From Nonlabens ponticola (GTDB lineage: Bacteria > Bacteroidota > Bacteroidia > Flavobacteriales > Flavobacteriaceae), in assembly GCF_003966335.1 (NCBI RefSeq), contig NZ_CP034549.1, forward strand, positions 390,001 through 422,000: DNA of 32,000 bases. Reading direction: 5' to 3'. The position numbers were made by a program, and so were the translations under genes. Below, one piece after another: positions 9,888-18,076 of the stretch; the first letter of the stretch is position 1; each line of letters opens with the position of its first letter. The notes below the pieces were generated by a model, which worked only from the letters and a program-made list of their open reading frames with translations, searched no databases and was not told the DNA's origin.

Positions 9888-12506
9888 TTGGCAGCCAAAA
9901 GCAAGAAAGTCACGCCCTTAATGCAGCAGTACAACAAGATCAAGGTCAAGTACCCTGATGCTTTGTTGCTGTTCCGTGTAGGTGATTTTTACGAGACCTT
10001 TGGAGAGGACGCAGTTAAGACCGCTCGCATTCTCAACATTGTTTTGACTAATAGGAACAACGGCGGCGAGCGCACAGAGCTTGCAGGTTTCCCACACCAT
10101 TCCTTGAATACTTACTTGCCCAAACTTGTCCGTGCAGGTGAACGAGTGGCAATTTGTGATCAATTAGAAGATCCTAAACAAACTAAAAAGATTGTAAAAC
10201 GCGGCGTGACCGAGTTGATCACGCCAGGTGTATCGCTCAATGATGAGGTACTACAATCGCGTTCAAATAATTTTTTGGCGGCTGTTACGCTTTCGCGAAA
10301 GCAATATGGCATCGCATTTCTTGACATATCAACAGGTGAGTTTCTAGTGTCACAGGGCACAAGAGAAGAGGTGGACAAACTGCTTCAAAACTTCCAGCCC
10401 AGTGAGGTGCTGGTATCTCGCAGCGATAAAAAGAATCTAGCGCAGGATTTCCCGTATGATTTACCATTCTTCTATCTGGAAGACTGGATTTTTCAAATAG
10501 ACTACACGCGTGAATCTTTGTTGAAGCAGTTTAAAGTGAACAGCCTTAAAGGGTTTGGGATTGAGAAACTGGATGAAGGTATCGTGGCTGCTGGTTCGAT
10601 ACTGCACTACCTAGCGGAAACGCAACATGATAAACTGGATCATATCGTCAACATATCGCGTATTGAGGACGACAGCTATGTGTGGATGGATCGTTTTACC
10701 GTGCGCAATCTAGAGTTATATCAATCACTTAATACCGGCGCTGTCACCTTGCTTGATGTAATTGATAAAACTACTACACCTATGGGTGGTCGTTTATTAA
10801 AGAGATGGCTGGCTTTTCCATTAAAAGACAAGAAAGAGATAGAGAAACGTCACGAGATTGTGCAATTCTTTCATGACCATACAGAGCAGAAGGAAAGCAT
10901 AAAGACAGCACTCAAGCGCATGAATGATCTAGAACGTCTCATTTCAAAGGTCGCGGTAGGTAAAATTTGTCCTCGTGAAGTAGTACAACTTAAAAACAGT
11001 CTTGAATCCATCGTTCCCGTTAAGGAAGCTGCACAGGCTGCAAGTAACAAGTCTTTACAATTTTTAGGTGAACGATTGCATCCTTGTCAGCATCTGGTAA
11101 GTCATATCAAGCAATCACTTGATGAGCAGGCACCTGTCAACATTTTAAAGGGAAAAACTATTGCCAGCGGCTATAATCCAGAATTAGATGAATTGCGAGG
11201 TCTAGCCACTTCAGGTAAAGATTACCTAGATAAAATGCTGGAAAGACACTGTGAGGAAACGGGCATTAGCAGTTTGAAGATAAGTAGCAACAACGTCTTT
11301 GGCTATTACATTGAAGTGCGCAATTCACATAAGGATAAGGTACCTGAATCCTGGACACGCAAACAAACGCTGGTAAATGCTGAGCGCTACATCACTGACG
11401 AACTCAAAGAATACGAGGCTAAAATCTTAGGTGCCGAAGAACGCATTCACGCACTACAACAAGAATTATTTGAAGGCGTCGTCAAGAAAATTATGCCTTT
11501 TATTAAAGCTATTCAAGAAAATGCGCACCTGATAGGTCAATTAGATTGTCTGATCTCATTTGCAGATCTTGCCGTGCTTTCAAAATATACACGACCAGAA
11601 ATATTAGATTCCGCTGGATTAGTGATCTCAAACGGTCGTCATCCAGTTATAGAAAAAATGCTGCCTGCTGATAAGCCTTACATCCCTAACGATGTATCCT
11701 TAGATCAAGACTCTCAACAAATAATCATGATCACTGGTCCTAACATGAGTGGTAAAAGTGCCATCTTGAGACAGACAGCATTGATCGTCCTACTGGCACA
11801 AATAGGCAGCTTTGTCCCTGCAGATGAGGTTCAAATGGGCATCGTGGATAAAATTTTCACACGAGTTGGCGCTAGTGATAATATCTCGCAAGGAGAATCC
11901 ACCTTCATGACAGAGATGAATGAGAGCGCGAGCATTCTCAACAACATTAGCGAGCGCAGTCTGGTGCTGCTGGATGAAATAGGTAGAGGAACCAGTACAT
12001 ACGACGGTATATCAATTGCATGGGCCATCACCGAGTATTTGCATGAGCATCCTTACAAACCTAAAACCCTGTTTGCCACTCATTACCATGAGCTCAACGA
12101 GATGACAGATCAATTTGAGAGGATAAAAAATTTCAACGTGCAGGTAAAAGAGCTCAAGGACAAAGTGTTGTTTATGCGCAAGCTGGTTGCTGGTGGTAGC
12201 CATCATAGCTTTGGTATCCATGTAGCTAAAATGGCTGGTATGCCACAGCAAGTAATTGCTAAAGCAAATAAATTGCTCAAGCGATTAGAAAAGTCTAACA
12301 AACAAGAGGAAAATACAAGTGGTTTGAAGGCAATTCAAGAAGAAGAAATGCAGTTGAGCTTCTTTAATCTTGACGATCCATTGCTAGAAAATATCAAAAA
12401 TGAGATCCTACAAACCGATATAAATACCCTTACTCCAGTAGAAGCGTTGATGAAACTTAACGAGATCAAACGCATGCTCACAGGAAAGGATCAAGCAACA
12501 GGATAA
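9888..12506 (+). CDS. mutS: DNA mismatch repair protein MutS
   Basis: A TTG start at 9888 gives [19 protein letters not shown], which keeps the conserved TPLMxQY N-terminus; the first ATG is at 9921. Walker [16 protein letters not shown] and [12 protein letters not shown] are present. Palindrome copy 4 is read here as TLSRKQ. Confidence 0.97.
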   Translation: MAAKSKKVTPLMQQYNKIKVKYPDALLLFRVGDFYETFGEDAVKTARILNIVLTNRNNGGERTELAGFPHHSLNTYLPKLVRAGERVAICDQLEDPKQTKKIVKRGVTELITPGVSLNDEVLQSRSNNFLAAVTLSRKQYGIAFLDISTGEFLVSQGTREEVDKLLQNFQPSEVLVSRSDKKNLAQDFPYDLPFFYLEDWIFQIDYTRESLLKQFKVNSLKGFGIEKLDEGIVAAGSILHYLAETQHDKLDHIVNISRIEDDSYVWMDRFTVRNLELYQSLNTGAVTLLDVIDKTTTPMGGRLLKRWLAFPLKDKKEIEKRHEIVQFFHDHTEQKESIKTALKRMNDLERLISKVAVGKICPREVVQLKNSLESIVPVKEAAQAASNKSLQFLGERLHPCQHLVSHIKQSLDEQAPVNILKGKTIASGYNPELDELRGLATSGKDYLDKMLERHCEETGISSLKISSNNVFGYYIEVRNSHKDKVPESWTRKQTLVNAERYITDELKEYEAKILGAEERIHALQQELFEGVVKKIMPFIKAIQENAHLIGQLDCLISFADLAVLSKYTRPEILDSAGLVISNGRHPVIEKMLPADKPYIPNDVSLDQDSQQIIMITGPNMSGKSAILRQTALIVLLAQIGSFVPADEVQMGIVDKIFTRVGASDNISQGESTFMTEMNESASILNNISERSLVLLDEIGRGTSTYDGISIAWAITEYLHEHPYKPKTLFATHYHELNEMTDQFERIKNFNVQVKELKDKVLFMRKLVAGGSHHSFGIHVAKMAGMPQQVIAKANKLLKRLEKSNKQEENTSGLKAIQEEEMQLSFFNLDDPLLENIKNEILQTDINTLTPVEALMKLNEIKRMLTGKDQATG
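10289..10302. repeat. palindrome copy 4, GCTTTCGCGAAAGC
   Basis: Exact 14-mer inside mutS, read as LSRK. Its flanks (GTTACGC...GCAA) are identical to copy 9 and to the reverse complement of copy 11. Confidence 0.95.
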
Positions 12507-12543
12507 TTTTACCTTAATTCCTTTGCAGAATAAGGAAAGTTAT

Positions 12544-12551
12544 TAAATTTG
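12544..12551 (+). promoter_or_regulatory. candidate Bacteroidota -7 box (TAAATTTG) upstream of tRNA-Gly
   Basis: It matches TAnnTTTG, with TTTG at 12522-12525 as a possible -33 element, about 50 nt upstream of the tRNA. Confidence 0.25.
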
Positions 12552-12600
12552 CATCCGCTTTGAGTGATAAGTCAAAGTGCAGTTCTTTAAAGAATTATTT

Positions 12601-12672
12601 GCGAAAGTAGCTCAGGGGTAGAGCATCACCTTGCCAAGGTGAGGGTCGCGGGTTCAAATCCCGTCTTTCGCT
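12601..12672 (+). tRNA. tRNA-Gly (anticodon GCC)
   Basis: It folds by hand into a cloverleaf. The acceptor stem is GCGAAAG/CTTTCGC, the D stem GCTC/GAGC, the anticodon stem TCACC/GGTGA with loop TTGCCAA, and the T arm GCGGG-TTCAAAT-CCCGT. CCA is not encoded. Confidence 0.93.
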
Positions 12673-12680
12673 CAAGAGAA

Positions 12681-12706
12681 AAAGCCGATTCAACATCGGC
12701 TTTTTT
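12681..12706 (+). terminator. intrinsic terminator after tRNA-Gly
   Basis: The stem AAAGCCGAT pairs with ATCGGCTTT and is followed by TTTTTT. Confidence 0.7.
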
Positions 12707-12738
12707 GATCGCACCAATGATGTGTCGCTGACACAATC

Positions 12739-12824
12739 GCTCGAGTGGTGGAATTGGTAGACACGTTGGACTTAAAATCCAATGGGTAGTAATGCCCGTA
12801 CGGGTTCAAGTCCCGTCTCGAGTA
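12739..12824 (+). tRNA. tRNA-Leu (anticodon UAA), long variable arm
   Basis: The sequence reads GCTCGAG-TG-GTGGAATTGGTAGACAC. The anticodon stem is TTGGA/TCCAA with loop CTTAAAA. There is a long variable arm and a T arm GGGTTCAAGTCCCGT. The acceptor 3' strand is CTCGAGT, giving a G1-U72 wobble pair. Confidence 0.9.
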
Positions 12825-12828
12825 CTTT

Positions 12829-12860
12829 AAAACCTCATAATCAATTGATTATGAGGTTTT
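12829..12860 (+). terminator. perfect 32-bp palindromic hairpin terminator after tRNA-Leu (possibly also serving the convergent minus-strand gene)
   Basis: AAAACCTCATAATCAA|TTGATTATGAGGTTTT forms 16/16 paired arms. A T-run follows on the plus strand, and the hairpin sits between convergent transcription units. Confidence 0.7.
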
Positions 12861-12893
12861 TTATTTCGTTACTTGCATTTGCGTTGAGTAAAA

Positions 12894-13109
12894 TCAATTA
12901 TCATCCGCACCAGTGCGTTCTTCCTCAATTTCTTCTTCTACCTCGTCGCCAAATTCCTCTAGTTCGTCACCTACTTCTTCTAGATTGTCCTCTGTATCCT
13001 CAATGGCAGACTCAGTAGCTTCTTCCATTTTTTCCATCGTGGATTCACGGCAGGATGTGGTGCCCAATAAAAATGCGATTGCTACTAGACTTAAGATTAC
13101 TCTTTTCAT
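12894..13109 (-). CDS. small, highly acidic predicted lipoprotein
   Basis: The ATG at 13109 gives MKRVILSLVAIAFLLGTTSC (signal peptide plus Cys). A ~50-aa D/E-rich tail follows (EEATESAIEDTEDNLEEVGDELEEFGDEVEEEIEEE). I recognise no homologue, and coding status rests on the signal peptide alone. Confidence 0.5.
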   Translation of the reverse strand: MKRVILSLVAIAFLLGTTSCRESTMEKMEEATESAIEDTEDNLEEVGDELEEFGDEVEEEIEEERTGADDN

Positions 13110-13168
13110 GATTTCATTATTTATAGGAAATCTATTGAATATTTCGATGATCACAACCTAAGAGTGTG

Positions 13169-13325
13169 TTAAGCCGACTTCTCACTCAAATAATACCAGT
13201 AACGTTTCGGCACCTATTGTAGGTGCGGTTTCACTGTCTAGCTTTAGGCTATGTTGGTTCTCTGAAATTTTATTGACTCCTATGATCTTAATGGATGTTC
13301 TCGCTTTCGCGAAAGCGGAATTCCA
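13169..13325 (-). pseudogene. decayed duplicate of the 3'-terminal ~52 codons of the TIGR03915-family gene (compare 15869-16023)
   Basis: The segment 13181-13210 matches 15881-15910 at 28/30 positions. The TAA position is conserved (13169-13171 vs 15869-15871), both copies carry the palindrome (13302 vs 16000), and the offset is 2700 then 2698 bp. The copy at 13169-13325 has in-frame stops (e.g. ..ENIH* and ..HLQ*V..). Confidence 0.7.
13302..13317. repeat. palindrome copy 5, CGCTTTCGCGAAAGCG
   Basis: Exact 16-mer in the decayed gene-end duplicate; it is the paralogue of copy 6. Confidence 0.95.
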
Positions 13326-13480
13326 AACGATCTCACAGAGCTTCTACGGTATTTAGGAATAATTATTGATGCATTTAAAACTTTGTGCATCGGATTGCCT
13401 AACTTATTTTAAAAGAAGCATATTCCCTAGACTTGTAACTAAAGAATAAAGATTAAAAACACACTTTGTAAATCAAATTT

Positions 13481-15853
13481 ATGATTAGACTTTTACTCAC
13501 GTTTCTTTTTTTAATGTGTTTGGCTACAACTCTAGGGCAGGGCGAGGCAAACAATTGGTATTTTGGAGGTCAAGCTGGAATAACCTTTAATAATGGAGAT
13601 CCAATCGCGCTCACTGATGGTCAAATGTCAACTAATGAAGGTTGTTCAACAATTTCAGATCCAGATGGAAACCTTCTTTTTTATTCAGATGGGATTACTG
13701 TGTGGAATAAGGAACATGAGGTAATGGACAATGGCACATCACTATTGGGCGATCCTTCAAGTTCACAGTCAGGTGTAATAGTTCCAGTCCCAAAAAATCA
13801 AGATTTATATTACATTTTCACTATACCAGACGTAGGAGGTCCAGAGGGATTACGTTATTCAGTGATAGATTTGAGACTTGATGACGGCCTAGGTGGTGTG
13901 GTAAGCAATCAAAAGAATGTACTTCTTTATTCACCATCAACCGAAAAGATCACTGCGGTAAAACACCTTAACAATGTTGATGTCTGGATTATTACTCATG
14001 AATATAATTCAAACGTGTTTAGATGTCACCTAATGACTGAGGATGGCTTGTCTAATCAAGTAATAACAAATACTGTAGGTCACACTCCAACCACCGTAGA
14101 CTCTACCATTGGCAATATCAAAGCCTCATCTGACGGGCTGAGATTAGCAACTACCTATTATGTAGACCCAAGATCGAGCAATCGAGGGTTACTAGAGATT
14201 TTTGAATTTGACAATTTGAGTGGTGTTATCTATAATCCTATTTCAATTGGTCTTTCTGACCTAGATGAAACTGAAGAGCTTGTAAACAGCCCTTACGGAA
14301 TCGAATTCTCGCCTAATGGTCAATTTCTTTATATAGGTCAAACCGCAAGCGGCATAGACCAATATGATTTAAATGTTTTTGAAAAAACCTCAATAGTGGA
14401 ATCTCGTGTGAGATTGACAGGAACACCTAGATTTCCAGCCGGAAGCCTTATACCAACTTTAGGTCAATTACAATTAGGACCCGATAAAAAAATCTATGTT
14501 TCGGAAGTTAATAATGGTTTCTTAGGCGTTATCAATAATCCCAACTTGAAAGGCGTCGACGCTAATTTTGAACGTAATGGAGTTTTTCTTGGCGGCAATT
14601 TATCTAGATATGGTCTTCCTGCCTTCATTCAGTCCTTTTTTAGAGAGTCAAATATTAGTATAACAGGAGCCTGCTTAGGCACTGAAACATCGTTTGAGTT
14701 GAGATCCAGTAGATTTGTTAGGGATGTTATATGGGATTTTGGCGATGGGAACACCTCAACCGATCTAAAACCAACACATACTTATGATAGTATTGGTGAA
14801 TACACCGTAACTGTCACAGTTTTCCAGCTAGGAACAGAAGTATTTTCCACATCCACCATAGTAGACGTAAAAAATCCTCCTGTAGCATCATCGGCTAATA
14901 ATATGCAGCAATGTGCAAATACAGACGGAAGTCCGGTACCCTTTGATTTGAGTGAGAAAAAAGATCAAATCATTAATGATCAAGAAAATGAAAATTTGTC
15001 TGTTACTTATTATAGGGATCTAAACAGCGCTCAACAGGGCACGAATCCTCTAAATGACGATATTATTTTAACCTCTCAGGATGCATCAGTTTTTGCTAGA
15101 GTTGAAGATGATAATAATCTTGGGTGTTTTGATATTACCCAATTCGAGGTTCAAGTAATAGACATACAAGCTCCTGAAGTGCAGGAACAATATATATTTT
15201 GTAGAAGCACTGGACAGCTAGAAATATCGCTTAATTCAAACGCCGACCGTATAGAATGGTCTACAGGAGAGACGTCGCCCAATGTGATAATAACTGAACC
15301 TGGGTCGTATGGTGTCACGATATTTAAAGAATTTGAGTCCGTAATTTGTGAATCTTACAAAGATTTTGTGGTTCTAGAAAAACCGATCTCGATCAACGAG
15401 ATAGTAATAGATCAATTTGTTGAAGAAAATAATTCTGCTCAAGTTGTGATGTCAACCATTGATAATTATCAATATTCTCTGGACGGTATAAATTTTCAAT
15501 TATCTAGCACATTTGAAAATGTTGATCCTGGTACTTATGAAATCACGGTAGCTGATATAGATTTCTGTGGATTTGCACGTCAGAAAATTCAAATCGTTGA
15601 TTACCCTAGATTTTTCACGCCTAACAACGATGGCTATAATGACACATGGCATATAAAAAATATCATCTCTGATCCTGATGCCATTGTGATGATATTTGAT
15701 CGTTATGGTAAAATGCTCAAGGCACTAACTGCTCAAGATACTGGTTGGGATGGTACATTTAACGGTAACATCATGCCTTCATCAGATTATTGGTTTGAAC
15801 TTAGAATGACAGATGGCACCGTTGTTAAGAATCACTTCACCTTGAAACGGTAA
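13481..15853 (+). CDS. T9SS type-B sorting domain (gliding-motility C-terminal domain) surface protein with a PKD domain
   Basis: The signal peptide is followed by the NNWYFGGQAGITF start typical of this family. A PKD-like segment (WDFGDGNTSTDLKPTHTYDSIGEYTVTVTV) is present. The C-terminus is FFTPNNDGYNDTWHI...FDRYGKMLK...GWDGTFNG...SSDYWF. Confidence 0.85.
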   Translation: MIRLLLTFLFLMCLATTLGQGEANNWYFGGQAGITFNNGDPIALTDGQMSTNEGCSTISDPDGNLLFYSDGITVWNKEHEVMDNGTSLLGDPSSSQSGVIVPVPKNQDLYYIFTIPDVGGPEGLRYSVIDLRLDDGLGGVVSNQKNVLLYSPSTEKITAVKHLNNVDVWIITHEYNSNVFRCHLMTEDGLSNQVITNTVGHTPTTVDSTIGNIKASSDGLRLATTYYVDPRSSNRGLLEIFEFDNLSGVIYNPISIGLSDLDETEELVNSPYGIEFSPNGQFLYIGQTASGIDQYDLNVFEKTSIVESRVRLTGTPRFPAGSLIPTLGQLQLGPDKKIYVSEVNNGFLGVINNPNLKGVDANFERNGVFLGGNLSRYGLPAFIQSFFRESNISITGACLGTETSFELRSSRFVRDVIWDFGDGNTSTDLKPTHTYDSIGEYTVTVTVFQLGTEVFSTSTIVDVKNPPVASSANNMQQCANTDGSPVPFDLSEKKDQIINDQENENLSVTYYRDLNSAQQGTNPLNDDIILTSQDASVFARVEDDNNLGCFDITQFEVQVIDIQAPEVQEQYIFCRSTGQLEISLNSNADRIEWSTGETSPNVIITEPGSYGVTIFKEFESVICESYKDFVVLEKPISINEIVIDQFVEENNSAQVVMSTIDNYQYSLDGINFQLSSTFENVDPGTYEITVADIDFCGFARQKIQIVDYPRFFTPNNDGYNDTWHIKNIISDPDAIVMIFDRYGKMLKALTAQDTGWDGTFNGNIMPSSDYWFELRMTDGTVVKNHFTLKR

Positions 15854-15868
15854 GGCCTTTAATATAAA

Positions 15869-16657
15869 TTAGGCCACTTTCTCACTCAAATACTTCCAGT
15901 AACGTTTCGGTACATGTTGCAGGTGCAGTTTCATGTTTTTGCGCGATTCTATGTTAGTACTTTTAAAATACTGGTTCCAGAGATCGCGGTAATTGTTCTC
16001 GCTTTCGCGAAAGCGTGATTCCTCAACAACACCAGTATTCATAATACCTCGTTGCGCCCTAGGGTCATTAAATTGGATGGTGACCTCATCTACCTTTTCA
16101 AGATCATAGGAAATACCATAATCGCGATTCAAATCATAGATGATCCATTTCTGGTCTGCATAACGGTTTTTAAAGTGCTTTGAGATCAACGGCAGGACAT
16201 TGAAATCTGGCTCGCAGTTAGCATAATACACATCTTCCTCAATGAGATGAAATCGTATAAACGCTTCCATACGGTGCTTTTCCCGACCTACCATTTTGGC
16301 CGCTTGAGACATTTTCAATACGGTGATATTTCCATAATCGCCTGATGGTGAAGTTCCATTTTTAAAAGTGATGCGGCAGTAGTCCAATAACGTATTCTCG
16401 ATACCAGAAATCTCACTTAAAAATGCCCTGTAAAACTGGTTAAAATCATTGCTGCCGCACAATTTTTTCAGCTTTTTGAAAACACGATCTGCCTTATCTT
16501 GATCGGTGATGATAGTTTGCATTTCACCAAATAGCTGGTCCTGCGCCAGCGAGGTTTTTTGAATAATGGGATTTTTGAGTTTATGGGCATAAACATCAAA
16601 GACTGCCGTCAAGAACCCATTAAAGGAACCATCGTATTGTAATAATTCATTCATCAA
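15869..16657 (-). CDS. TIGR03915-family (DUF4130) putative DNA repair protein, without a fused uracil-DNA glycosylase domain
   Basis: The N-terminus ..YDGSFNGFLTAVFDVY.. is characteristic of the family. Its start overlaps the stop of the radical-SAM partner (ATGA at 16657..16654). Palindrome copy 6 is read here as RFRESE. Confidence 0.85.
   Translation of the reverse strand: MMNELLQYDGSFNGFLTAVFDVYAHKLKNPIIQKTSLAQDQLFGEMQTIITDQDKADRVFKKLKKLCGSNDFNQFYRAFLSEISGIENTLLDYCRITFKNGTSPSGDYGNITVLKMSQAAKMVGREKHRMEAFIRFHLIEEDVYYANCEPDFNVLPLISKHFKNRYADQKWIIYDLNRDYGISYDLEKVDEVTIQFNDPRAQRGIMNTGVVEESRFRESENNYRDLWNQYFKSTNIESRKNMKLHLQHVPKRYWKYLSEKVA
16000..16015. repeat. palindrome copy 6, CGCTTTCGCGAAAGCG
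   Basis: Exact 16-mer in the TIGR03915-family CDS, read as RFRES. Confidence 0.95.
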
Positions 16658-17919
16658 AACAGGCTTAATTGATTGGTGAAATTCTTACTATACTTGCTAG
16701 CTCCAGATAGTAGTATTTGATTTTTAATTTGTATACCAGTTAAATCGCGACGCTCAAATTCTCGTGAGTCACAGGTGATGAAGTATTTACCGCGGTTCAT
16801 GGATATACCTATCGCCTTAAGGTGTTCCCAGCCCAGTTTTCTATAGCGTCTAGCGCTTATGATTTTATGAACCGACTTCATGCCCACGCCAGGAATGCGC
16901 GCCAGCATGCGCTTATCTGCCTTATTGATATCCACAGGAAATTGATCTAGATTGCGCAACGCCCAGGATAACTTGGGATCAATATCCATGTCCAGATTTT
17001 GATGCTGATCGTTTAATATCTCGCGCACATCAAATCCATAAAAGCGCAGCAACCAGTCCGTTTGATATAATCTATTCTCTCGCATCATGGGAACCTCTGT
17101 ACCCAGCGCTGGTAATCGTGAATCATCTGCCACAGGAATATAGCCAGAATAGTACACGCGCTTCATGTTGAACTTGTTATAGAAAAAGTTGGCACTGTAC
17201 ATGACATCGCGATCACTCTCGCCAGTCGCGCCCACGATCATTTGGGTGCTTTGGCCTGCTGGTGCATATACTGGCGTGCTCTTGATGATCTTCTTTTCTG
17301 ACTTATAAAGATCGATAGAATTCTTTACCGCTTTCATGGGCTGGATAAAGTCCTTGTGATCCTTGTCTGGTGCCAGTAACTTAAGACCAGCCTTGGTAGG
17401 TATCTCTATATTCACTGATAATCTATCTGCATACAGTCCAGCCTCACGCATTAGCTCATCGCTAGCGCCAGGTATGGATTTAAGGTGAATGTAGCCGTTG
17501 AAATTTTCTTCCTCGCGCAGCTTTTTTGCAACACGCACCAGTCGCTCCATGGTAGCATCGGGACTTTTGAAAATTCCCGAACTCAAGAACAAGCCCTCTA
17601 TATAATTGCGACGGTAAAAGTTGATGGTGAGATCCACTACTTCTTGCACGGTAAAAGCAGCGCGCTTGATATCATTTGATTTGCGCGTCACGCAATAAGC
17701 ACAGTCAAAGATGCAAACATTAGTCAGCAGGATCTTGAGCAGCGATACACAGCGACCATCCTCAGTATAACTGTGACATATGCCCATGCCAGTGCTATCG
17801 CCCAGACCTTTATTCTTATTCTGTCGCTTGCTTCCGCTACTGCTGCAGCTCACGTCATACTTTGCCGCATCTGCCAGTATCTCTAGCTTCTCTTTTATTC
17901 TCTCGTGGTTCATATGCAT
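16654..17919 (-). CDS. TIGR03916-family putative DNA modification/repair radical SAM protein
   Basis: Motifs ..KLEILADAAKYDVSC.., the CX3CX2C cluster motif (CIFDCAYC) and FYRRNYIEGLFLSSG are present. A C-terminal helix-hairpin-helix is present (LARIPGVGMKSVHKIISARR). The start is set at the ATG at 17919, with 17913 as an alternative; the ORF-track extension to 17958 runs through a repeat hairpin. Confidence 0.88.
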   Translation of the reverse strand: MHMNHERIKEKLEILADAAKYDVSCSSSGSKRQNKNKGLGDSTGMGICHSYTEDGRCVSLLKILLTNVCIFDCAYCVTRKSNDIKRAAFTVQEVVDLTINFYRRNYIEGLFLSSGIFKSPDATMERLVRVAKKLREEENFNGYIHLKSIPGASDELMREAGLYADRLSVNIEIPTKAGLKLLAPDKDHKDFIQPMKAVKNSIDLYKSEKKIIKSTPVYAPAGQSTQMIVGATGESDRDVMYSANFFYNKFNMKRVYYSGYIPVADDSRLPALGTEVPMMRENRLYQTDWLLRFYGFDVREILNDQHQNLDMDIDPKLSWALRNLDQFPVDINKADKRMLARIPGVGMKSVHKIISARRYRKLGWEHLKAIGISMNRGKYFITCDSREFERRDLTGIQIKNQILLSGASKYSKNFTNQLSLF

Positions 17920-18067
17920 GCCCGCGCAGGCGGGAATCTTTTTATTACTATTCCGCACTTGATGCGGAATCTCATTTTAATTTGTCATGCCGTCGCAGGA
18001 CGGCATCTCTGAGTCACTCGTTAAGGTATCAGTCGGCTTCACTCGCCATACCGTCGCAGGACGGCAT
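17917..18067 (-). repeat. cluster of four short hairpin repeats in the dnaE2 / radical-SAM spacer
   Basis: On the minus strand these read AGAT-CCCGC-CTGC-GCGGG-CATG (17917-17939), ATTCCGCA/TGCGGAAT (17950-17970), ATGCCGTC-CTGC-GACGGCAT (17987-18006) and a near-identical copy (18048-18067). The 17987 copy with its flanks resembles 26286-26313. Confidence 0.6.
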
Positions 18068-18076
18068 CAGTCAACA

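Noticed and set aside
12601-12672. The tRNA-Gly acceptor stem arms (GCGAAAG / CTTTCGC) are the two halves of the abundant palindrome core CTTTCGCGAAAG.
   Set aside because: The match is only 7 nt per arm, and the arms are in the opposite arrangement and 57 nt apart in the tRNA. This is most simply coincidence, so I did not count it as a palindrome copy or claim a tRNA-derived origin.
12782-13161. Plus-strand ORFs 12782-13018 and 12913-13161.
   Set aside because: The first starts inside tRNA-Leu and runs through its terminator. The second is the Ser-rich antisense image of the acidic lipoprotein gene.
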